A stretch of DNA of 64,000 bases, taken from assembly GCA_963761305.1 (NCBI GenBank), contig CAVXGK010000001.1, positions 1,088,001 to 1,152,000 on the forward strand. Reading direction: 5' to 3'. The position numbers and the translations under genes are program-made. This DNA comes from an uncultured Gemmatimonadaceae bacterium (GTDB lineage Bacteria > Gemmatimonadota > Gemmatimonadetes > Gemmatimonadales > Gemmatimonadaceae). The notes under the pieces are model-generated. The model made no database searches. It had not been told where the DNA came from and saw only the letters and a program-made list of their open reading frames with translations. Each line of letters starts with the position of its first letter. Position 1 is the stretch's first letter. Shown piece after piece: positions 28,140 through 35,687 of this stretch.

Positions 28140-30778
28140 TACTGAAGGGCCGTTCTCGGGTCGACCGTCGTCGCCCGCCTCGCCGGCAGGTACGCGGCGA
28201 GCGCCGCCACCAGCGCCAGGCAAGCCGCCGATGCGGCGAGAATCGTGGGGTCGGCGGGCCGGACGTGGAACAGCATCGACGCCATCACGCGCGACGCGGC
28301 CAGTGCCCCGGCCAACCCGATCGCCATCCCGACGGCCGTCATCGACATCCCCTGACGCAGCACCATCCGCCGGATGGCGCCCCGTTGCGCACCGAGCGCG
28401 ACACGAATGCCGATCTCGCGCGTGCGCAGTTTCACACCGTACGACAGCACGCCGAACAGTCCGAGCGCCGCTAAGCCGAGCGACATGAGGGCGAAGCTCG
28501 CCAGCAGGCGCAGCGTGAACACGCGCTGCGCTTCACCGCGGCCGATCGCCTCATCGAGCGGCGCCGGATGGTGCATGACGAGCTGCGGATCGATCGACGC
28601 GAGCACACGGCGCACGTCGGCCTCCATCGACTCCGGGGCCTTCGTCGTCGCCACCACCTGCGCCAATGCCCAATTGCGATCGCCGGCGAACTGCACGTGC
28701 GCGTGATACACGTAGTCGTCGACGTTGCCTTCGGCGTCGAGCGACACGTCGTTCACGACGCCGATGATCTCGCACGGACGTCCGCGGTCCGGGGCGATCA
28801 ACTGGCCGATCGGGTCGACGCCTGGAAACAGCTTCGTCGCTAGCGACTTGCTCACGAGCACGCGACGCGGCGCGGGCGGTAGATCGCGCGCGTCGAACGC
28901 GCGTCCCTCCAGCACGCTAATACCGACGGCCTTGAGGTAGTCGCCCGAGATCACTCGCTGCTGCGCCGCGCCGTTCGACCGCGTCGTGCCGGCGAGCGGT
29001 CCGCTGAGGACCTCCACGCCCCACTGATTGTACGCGCCCGTGGCGGGGAGCTTGGACACGCCGCCCGCCGCGACGACACCGGGAATCGCTTCCAGCCGAC
29101 GCGCCACATCCTCGTAGACCCGAGCTCGCGCCAGTGAGTCGTACCGCGCGTCGGGAAGGTGCAGCTCGAATGTGAGCACGTTGTCCGCGCGTACGCCCAG
29201 GTCGAGCTCGCGCAGCCGGCGAACGCTCGCCAGAAGAAGTCCGGCCGCAGTCACGAGCACGAACGCGAGCGCGACCTGCGATACGACGAGCAGCGACCGC
29301 AGGCGGGCGTGCGATCGTCCGCCCGTCGACGAGCGAGTCTCGCCGCGCAGCGTGTCGTTCGGATCAGAGCCGCCGGCCCGCAGCGCCGGCGCGAGTCCGC
29401 ACAAAACGGCGCAGACCGACGAGATCGCGATCGAGAATCCAAGCATACGCGGATCGAGCGACAGTCCGGCGAGCCGCGGGATCGAGCCGCCACCCAGCGC
29501 GACGATGCCGTGCATTGCCACGCGCGCCACGGCGAGGCCCGCCAGGTCTCCGGCCAGCGCGAGCACCAGACTCTCCATGAGCAGTTGACGGACGATGCGC
29601 GACCCGCCCGCGCCAAGCGCGCCGCGCAGCGCGAACTCGCGCTCGCGCTCCGATCCGCGCACGAGAAGCAGGTTGGCGACGTTCACGCATACGAGCAGCA
29701 GCACTGCCACCGCCGCCGCGAACATCAACTCCAACGCTCGGCTCGACTCGCCGACGACGTCTTCCTTGAGCGGAGAGAGACTCGCGCCGATGTACTTCGT
29801 GCCCGGATACTCGTTTGACAGTCGCACGCCGAGCGCGTCGAGCTCGGATTGCGCGCGGGCGATCGTCACGCCGGGGCGCAATCGGCCGATGACCGTGACG
29901 TAGTGATTGTCCACGTTGCTCGGATCTCGGCCCGGCGCCATGTCCATCGGAATCCACGCGTCCACGGCGCCTACAATGGGATCGGCGAAACCGGCCGGCA
30001 TCACACCGGCGATCGTGTACGGCTCTCCGTTCATCGTCAGCGGGCGTCCGATGGCGGACCGGTCGCCGTGGAACCGCTCCATCCAGACGGCGTGGCTCAG
30101 GACGATGGTGCGTCCATGCGTCTCGTCTTGCGCGTCGAGCGGCCGGCCCGCTTCGACTGGCTCGCGAAGAACGTCGAAGTAGTCGTGGCTTACTGTGAGA
30201 ACGTGGATCCGACGTGCCCCTTCGTCGGTCGTGATGTCGCCGCCTCCTTCGCCATATGTGTTGAGCGCCGCGAGGTGCGAGAACGACGTCGCGCGGTCGT
30301 GATACGCGAGATAGTGAACCGGGGTGACGAAGCCCTGATCGATCTTTCGCCGCGTGTCGACGTAGTAGAGCCGCACCAGTTGTCCCGGCTGGTCATACGG
30401 CAGCGGCTTGATGAGGACGGCGTCGACGGCGCTGAACACCGCCGTCGTGCCGCCGATCCCCACGGCGAGCGTGAGCACCGCGACGATCGTGAACGTGGGT
30501 CGCTGCTTCAGGACGCGGAGCGCAAAGAGGGCGTCATCCCACGCGTCGCGGAGCCATCGCACGCCGCTCGCATCGCGAACCTCCTCCTTCGTGCGATCGA
30601 GACCGCCGAGCGCGAGCACGCTTCGCCGCCGAACGTCGCGGGCGTCGGTGCCGGCACGTCGCAGATGCTCGGCTTCCATCTCGAGATGAAAACGCAGCTC
30701 CTCGTCGAGTTCGCGGTCGTCGCGATTGCGCGAGACGAGCAATCGAACGCGTTCGATCACGTCCGACAGCAGACTCAT
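28139..30778 (-). CDS. ADOP-type duplicated ABC permease (MacB/FtsX)
   Basis: ELDEELRFHLE, LTLAVGIGGTTAVFS, CVNVANLLL, REFALRGALGA, PARRATTVDP. Confidence 0.93.
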   Translation of the reverse strand: MSLLSDVIERVRLLVSRNRDDRELDEELRFHLEMEAEHLRRAGTDARDVRRRSVLALGGLDRTKEEVRDASGVRWLRDAWDDALFALRVLKQRPTFTIVAVLTLAVGIGGTTAVFSAVDAVLIKPLPYDQPGQLVRLYYVDTRRKIDQGFVTPVHYLAYHDRATSFSHLAALNTYGEGGGDITTDEGARRIHVLTVSHDYFDVLREPVEAGRPLDAQDETHGRTIVLSHAVWMERFHGDRSAIGRPLTMNGEPYTIAGVMPAGFADPIVGAVDAWIPMDMAPGRDPSNVDNHYVTVIGRLRPGVTIARAQSELDALGVRLSNEYPGTKYIGASLSPLKEDVVGESSRALELMFAAAVAVLLLVCVNVANLLLVRGSEREREFALRGALGAGGSRIVRQLLMESLVLALAGDLAGLAVARVAMHGIVALGGGSIPRLAGLSLDPRMLGFSIAISSVCAVLCGLAPALRAGGSDPNDTLRGETRSSTGGRSHARLRSLLVVSQVALAFVLVTAAGLLLASVRRLRELDLGVRADNVLTFELHLPDARYDSLARARVYEDVARRLEAIPGVVAAGGVSKLPATGAYNQWGVEVLSGPLAGTTRSNGAAQQRVISGDYLKAVGISVLEGRAFDARDLPPAPRRVLVSKSLATKLFPGVDPIGQLIAPDRGRPCEIIGVVNDVSLDAEGNVDDYVYHAHVQFAGDRNWALAQVVATTKAPESMEADVRRVLASIDPQLVMHHPAPLDEAIGRGEAQRVFTLRLLASFALMSLGLAALGLFGVLSYGVKLRTREIGIRVALGAQRGAIRRMVLRQGMSMTAVGMAIGLAGALAASRVMASMLFHVRPADPTILAASAACLALVAALAAYLPARRATTVDPRTALQ

Positions 30779-31128
30779 GCGCCCACCGGCACGGCGCGTG
30801 CGCCCAGCACCGCGTTGACCGCCGACGCCGCGCGCTGCCATGCGGCGCGTTCCGTGGTGAGCTGTCGCTCGCCGGCGGGCGTGAGCGCGTAGTATCGCGC
30901 GCGGCGATTGTTCGCCGTCGTCTGCCATGACGACGAGATCCAGCCGCGGCGCTTCATGCGGACGAGCGCGGGATAGAGCGAGCCTTGGGTGACGAGAAAC
31001 ACCTCTCCCGACATCGCCCCGATCCGATGCGCGATGCCCCAGCCGTGCATTGGCTCGAGGGCAAGCGTCTTGAGGACCAGCATCTCGAGCGTGCCCTGGA
31101 CGAGCTCTCCGCCGCGATCGTCGTTCAC
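30775..31128 (-). CDS. PadR family transcriptional regulator
   Basis: LVQGTLEMLVL, MHGWGIA, QGSLYPAL, NRRARYY. Confidence 0.93.
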   Translation of the reverse strand: MNDDRGGELVQGTLEMLVLKTLALEPMHGWGIAHRIGAMSGEVFLVTQGSLYPALVRMKRRGWISSSWQTTANNRRARYYALTPAGERQLTTERAAWQRAASAVNAVLGARAVPVGA

Positions 31129-31132
31129 CGGA

Positions 31133-31189
31133 TCTCCTTCAGATGGACTGGAGAACCATACGCGACGTACTTCAGACGGTCAACAGGAG
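31133..31189 (-). promoter_or_regulatory. Putative PadR autoregulatory operators (two related sites)
   Basis: Minus strand CTCCTGTTGACCGTCTGAAGTA and TCTCCAGTCCATCTGAAGGAGA; the second overlaps the RBS. Confidence 0.45.
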
Positions 31190-31268
31190 CGGGTCGATAC
31201 GGCTCGGTCCGGTGGCCGCCGGGCCGGACGGCACCCGCTTTGCCTTGGCAATCCATAGGGAGGAACGC

Positions 31269-31829
31269 GTGAAGATCGGTTCTGCCGTACTTGCCCTCGT
31301 CGTCGCGTGCGCGGCGCGAGACAGCGCGCAATTGTTGCCCGTGGGTCCCGCGCACATCGTCCTGATTCGCCACGCCGAGGAGCCGAGCGATGGGGACGAT
31401 CCGCATCTGTCCGCGGAAGGTCGCGCGAGGGCCGACCAGTTCGTGGAGTTCATGACCCACGATCCGGCCATGATTCGCCTCGGCACGCCCGCCGCCATCT
31501 TCGCGACGGAGACGACCAAGGACGACAACGGCCAGCGGACACAAGAGACCGTCGCGCCGTTGGCGAGCGTGCTCCGCCTTTCGGTGCTTGCGCCGTATCA
31601 CTCGAAGGACTACGACAAGCTCGCGAGGCGTGTGCTCTCGGATCCGTCGCTCGCCGGCAAGACGGTGGTCATCTGTTGGAATCACGAATGGCTTCCACAG
31701 CTCGCCGCCTCATTCGGCGTGAATCCGGAGCCGCCGAAGTGGAAGGGCAAAGTCTACGACCAGGTGTACGTGATCACGTACAAGGACCGCCACGCGGTGT
31801 TGACCACTACGCGGTACGGTGGTTCTTAG
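31269..31829 (+). CDS. Histidine phosphatase (phosphoglycerate mutase-like) family lipoprotein
   Basis: IVLIRHAE, LSAEGRARA, RTQETVAPLA, VICWNH. Confidence 0.8.
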   Translation: MKIGSAVLALVVACAARDSAQLLPVGPAHIVLIRHAEEPSDGDDPHLSAEGRARADQFVEFMTHDPAMIRLGTPAAIFATETTKDDNGQRTQETVAPLASVLRLSVLAPYHSKDYDKLARRVLSDPSLAGKTVVICWNHEWLPQLAASFGVNPEPPKWKGKVYDQVYVITYKDRHAVLTTTRYGGS

Positions 31830-31874
31830 GGCTTTGCGCGCCCAAGTCCGGCTTCGATTGGCGTTGGAGCAAAT

Positions 31875-31974
31875 TCAACGCAGATGCCGCAGATCGTAAC
31901 AGCAACGCCGCAGATGAAAACCGTTGGTGTCATCTGCGGGTAATTGTCGTCTTGATCTGCGGCATCTGCGTTGA
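31875..31974. repeat. REPIN-like palindrome, upstream flank of the GxxExxY gene
   Basis: TCAACGCAGATGCCGCAGATC...GATCTGCGGCATCTGCGTTGA perfect outer arms. Confidence 0.92.
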
Positions 31975-32056
31975 GTCTTCTCACGTGGCAATCGTAGGAC
32001 ACGTGGGGCGATGAAATGATTGCAGGCCCGCGGGCGGCAGATCCCATCGTCCGCAG

Positions 32057-32443
32057 GTGGCGAGCAAACGACTTCCCTCCGGGCACGAGCTGACGCACTC
32101 GATCATCGGCGGCTTTTACGAGGTCTATAACCACCTTGGCTACGGGCTGCTCGAGTCGGTCTACCTCGCGGCAATCCGTCGAGAGCTCGAATCGCGCGGT
32201 CTCTTCGTCGAGCGTGAGGTCTGGATCAACGTGTTCTAGGGAGAAACGATCGCGAAGCAGCGGATGGATGTGATCGTCGACCATAGCGTCGTCGTCGAGA
32301 TCAAAGCCACAGAAAGGGTTCCACAGTTCGCGCGTCGCCAACTGCTGAACTACTTGCGCGCGACTCGCCTCGAGCTGGGCCTGCTCCTGCATTTTGGTCC
32401 CGAGCCCAGAGTCTACCGACTCATCGATACCAAGAAAACTTGA
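32057..32443 (+). pseudogene. GxxExxY protein (PD-(D/E)XK-like) with in-frame TAG at 32237-32239
   Basis: LGYGLLESVY; after the TAG the same frame continues GETIAKQRMDVIVDHSVVVEIKA...QLLNYL...GLLLHFGP to TGA at 32441-32443. Confidence 0.9.
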
Positions 32444-32532
32444 ACGCAGATGCCGCAGATTTGAACAGCAATGTCGCAGATCTTTCGCTGTCTATCTGCG
32501 GCATCGCATTTCAGATCCGCGGCATCTGTGTT
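32443..32532. repeat. REPIN-like palindrome, downstream flank of the GxxExxY gene
   Basis: AACGCAGATGCCGCAGATTTGAA...TTCAGATCCGCGGCATCTGTGTT, overlapping the stop codon. Confidence 0.92.
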
Positions 32533-32617
32533 GACATCTCTTGCCGAGCGGAGTGGCCCGAGGTGGACGCCGAAGCCTGATGCGCGCAGCTTCCAGTACC
32601 TCACCAGAACTGGGATC

Positions 32618-34330
32618 ATGCGCACGGTCACACGAATCATTTCCATCCTCGCCATCGCCAGCCCGGCCGCCGCCCAGACGAAGGGGGCGGCGCCGAAATC
32701 CGCGGCGTCGTTCACCGTCGTCGAAGCCACGATCGCCGACATGCGGACGGCGCTCGAGCAGCATCGCACGACGTCGCACGACATCGTCGTGCAGTATCTC
32801 GCGCGCATCGCGACGTACGAGGACAAGCTGCACGCGGTGATCACGGTGAATCCGCGCGCCATCGCGATCGCCGATTCGCTCGACCGCTTGCGGGCACAGG
32901 GACGCATTCTCGGGCCGATGCACGGCATCCCCGTCGCGCTCAAGGACAACGTTCACACGACCGACATGCCGACGACCGGCGGCGCCTTGGCATTCGCCGA
33001 CCTCGTCCCTCCGTATGAGGCGACTCTCACCAAGAACCTCGAAGCCGCCGGCGCGATCATCCTCGCCAAGACGCAGCTCACCGAGCTCGCGAATTGGGTC
33101 GCCGCGGCGATGCCGGGCAACTACAACGGGCTCAATGGCCAAGGCATGAACCCGTGGGATCCGCGCCGCGACCCGCGCGATGCGTTCTTCGACGGACGTC
33201 CAGTGTTGACGACCGGGGGGTCGAGCAGCGGCGCCGGCACGAACGTGAGCTTCTGGATGGCGAACGTCGGCACGGAGACGTCGGGGTCGATCCTCAGTCC
33301 ATCCAATCAGAACATGCTCGTCGGCATCAAGCCGACCGTCGGGCGCGTGAGCCGATACGGCGTCATCCCCATCACCGCCGATCAGGACACGCCCGGGCCC
33401 ATGGCGCGCACCGTCTCGGACGCCGCGATCTTCCTCGGCGCGCTGGAGGGCGCGGCGCCCGACCCCAACGATCCGGCGACGCGCAAGTGTCCGCCGCCGG
33501 CGGGACGGGACTATACGAAATTTCTAAATCCAAACGGGCTCAAAGGGGCGCGCATCGGGATCCCGCGCGCGTTCTTCTACGATCGCACGTCCGCCGGCGC
33601 CACCGCGCCACGCGGCGGCCTGAGCGACCCACAGCGCAAAGCCATGGACGACGCCATCGCGGCGCTCAAGGCGCAGGGCGCGACAATCGTCGACCCGGCC
33701 GACATTCCGAGCATCACCGACACGGTCGCGGCCAACAATTTCACCAACTGGAATCCGTGCAGCGGTGACCAGTCCAAGGGTCGCGATGCCGACTGCTCGA
33801 TCGCGTTCAAGTACGGCATGAAGCGGGATTTCAACGCCTGGCTTCAATCACTCGGCGCCAAGGCTCCGGTGAAATCGCTCACCGAACTGCGTGAATGGAA
33901 CATCACGCACCAACGCGCCGGGTCGATCAAGTACGGGCAGGCGCAGCTTGACATCTCCGACGAGATGGACGTCAACGCGGACCGCGCGCGCTACGAAGCC
34001 GACCGTCGCAAGGACATTCTTCTCTCGGCGACGAACGGCTTGGACGCGGCGCTCAAGGCGCACCAACTCGATGCGCTGCTCTTCCCCGGCGTGAGCAGCG
34101 CGAACATCGGCGCGCGGCCGGGCTACCCGACGGTGACGGTTCCGTTCGCGTTCATCGCCGTGCCGCAGGGTCAGGGCGCGACCGCGTTTCCGCCCGGATT
34201 CGAGCCGAAGCCGGCGCCGTTCAACGTGAGCTTCACCGGAACGGCGTGCAGTGAACCAAAGTTGATCGAGATCGCCTACGCGTTCGAGCAGGCGACGAAG
34301 AAGCGAATTCCGCCCCCGCTCTTTCCGTAG
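32618..34330 (+). CDS. Secreted amidase (amidase signature family)
   Basis: HGIPVALKDN, GGSSSG, GTETSGSILSP, GIKPTVG; signal peptide. Confidence 0.92.
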   Translation: MRTVTRIISILAIASPAAAQTKGAAPKSAASFTVVEATIADMRTALEQHRTTSHDIVVQYLARIATYEDKLHAVITVNPRAIAIADSLDRLRAQGRILGPMHGIPVALKDNVHTTDMPTTGGALAFADLVPPYEATLTKNLEAAGAIILAKTQLTELANWVAAAMPGNYNGLNGQGMNPWDPRRDPRDAFFDGRPVLTTGGSSSGAGTNVSFWMANVGTETSGSILSPSNQNMLVGIKPTVGRVSRYGVIPITADQDTPGPMARTVSDAAIFLGALEGAAPDPNDPATRKCPPPAGRDYTKFLNPNGLKGARIGIPRAFFYDRTSAGATAPRGGLSDPQRKAMDDAIAALKAQGATIVDPADIPSITDTVAANNFTNWNPCSGDQSKGRDADCSIAFKYGMKRDFNAWLQSLGAKAPVKSLTELREWNITHQRAGSIKYGQAQLDISDEMDVNADRARYEADRRKDILLSATNGLDAALKAHQLDALLFPGVSSANIGARPGYPTVTVPFAFIAVPQGQGATAFPPGFEPKPAPFNVSFTGTACSEPKLIEIAYAFEQATKKRIPPPLFP

Positions 34331-34345
34331 TGCGGCCGCACGTCG

Positions 34346-34843
34346 CTAGAACTTTGCGCTGAACGTTCCGCTCTGTACCGACAAGGTGTTCGATCCGTCG
34401 CCCGGGGAGGTCAGAACCATCACGAAGTTGAACGTTCCTGAGACGCCGTCGGCGCTGTAGTTCGTAATCGTGACCGATCCGCTGACTCCGTTGTCCAGAC
34501 AGTCGGCCCCCCAGGCATTGGGCACCCTCACCACGGACCCGTGGACCGGCGTGGGACAGGTGAAAGACAAGGTGAACGTGCCGGTCGACGTCGCGTTGAC
34601 CATGAATCCGACGTTGTACGTCGAGTTGTCCGTTCCCGAAATGCCGAAACTCTTGCCATCCTGGCTCCGCACCAGGCTGACCACGGTCGCGTGCCACGAC
34701 GATCCGGCGATCGTCGCCGCCATCGCCGCCGCCCCGGTCACGCTCGCATCTACGCCGGGAGCCGTGCTGCCGCCGCACGCCGACCCGAGCCAGATGCACA
34801 GACTCGCGGCCGCGACGCCCCTCGTGATGCGCTCGATCACCAT
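34346..34843 (-). CDS. Hypothetical lipoprotein
   Basis: GGAGG RBS; lipobox LGSAC; SGSVTIT...VSGTFNF...GTFSAKF. Confidence 0.7.
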   Translation of the reverse strand: MVIERITRGVAAASLCIWLGSACGGSTAPGVDASVTGAAAMAATIAGSSWHATVVSLVRSQDGKSFGISGTDNSTYNVGFMVNATSTGTFTLSFTCPTPVHGSVVRVPNAWGADCLDNGVSGSVTITNYSADGVSGTFNFVMVLTSPGDGSNTLSVQSGTFSAKF

Positions 34844-34866
34844 GTGATGCCTCCACCTGTCCATGG

Positions 34867-35529
34867 TTAGAAGAGAATCCCAAAGCTCACCGGGATCGCC
34901 GTGATGGTCTTTCGATCGATCACGCCCTGATCCGTGTAGATGTTCTGGACGCGCCCCTCGGCGAACGCCTCGAGGCGTCCGAACTTGATGCGCACGCCGG
35001 CGCCGCCATCGATGCCGAACTTGAACGGCGGCGTCGACGGCGCCGGGGTCGACCCGCTCGCCGAGCCGGTAGTCGACCCGGTGGTCGCCGCGTTCTGGAG
35101 ATCGTCGGACACGTGGAACGCGCCCACGCCGGCGGTCACGTACGGACGGATCGGTCCGAATGGAATCACGGTGATCGAAAGCCCGCCGCCCCCGCTCAGG
35201 ATGCTCGTTTGACCGGCAGGCTGGCCGCCGAGCAGTTGCTTGTAGTCGAACCGTTGATATCCCAGGTTGAGTCGGATCGGAGGGAGGAGGCCAAGATCGA
35301 TGAGCACGTAGCCTTCGCCATTCACGCCGTTCTTGAGGGCGTCCGCGGCATGGTTGGTCGGCACACTCATTCCGCCGCCGAAGCCGATCCGGAGGAAATG
35401 GTGGTCCGACCCGCCGCCGCCCTGGCCACTGGGCATCTGGCTTGGCAGCTGGGCGCCGGACGACGCGACCATCGAGCCGACAAGCGCGAGCGCCATTGCG
35501 GCGATCGTTCGAGTGCGATTGCTCTTCAT
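34867..35529 (-). CDS. Outer-membrane beta-barrel protein
   Basis: Signal peptide; RPYVTAGVG, KFGIDGGAG; C-terminal Phe (IPVSFGILF). Confidence 0.85.
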   Translation of the reverse strand: MKSNRTRTIAAMALALVGSMVASSGAQLPSQMPSGQGGGGSDHHFLRIGFGGGMSVPTNHAADALKNGVNGEGYVLIDLGLLPPIRLNLGYQRFDYKQLLGGQPAGQTSILSGGGGLSITVIPFGPIRPYVTAGVGAFHVSDDLQNAATTGSTTGSASGSTPAPSTPPFKFGIDGGAGVRIKFGRLEAFAEGRVQNIYTDQGVIDRKTITAIPVSFGILF

Positions 35530-35566
35530 TGATTCCTCCCTCCCCCGTTGACGCAGTTGTGACCAC

Positions 35567-35589
35567 GCAAGCGTCGCCTGAACGCTTGC
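35567..35589. promoter_or_regulatory. Perfect 8-7-8 palindrome in a divergent promoter region
   Basis: GCAAGCGT-CGCCTGA-ACGCTTGC. Confidence 0.5.
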
Positions 35590-35687
35590 TGGCACTCTGA
35601 TCGACCACTAGAATCGGCGGACAAGGTCGACGCGGACCATCATCCGGTCATCACGCGCCACTCATTCGGGCGTCATCGAGGTCCAAG

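Noticed and set aside
32237..32239. Pyrrolysine or programmed readthrough at the TAG
   Set aside because: Better explained by a 3-nt deletion; TAG is used as a normal stop by many genes here.
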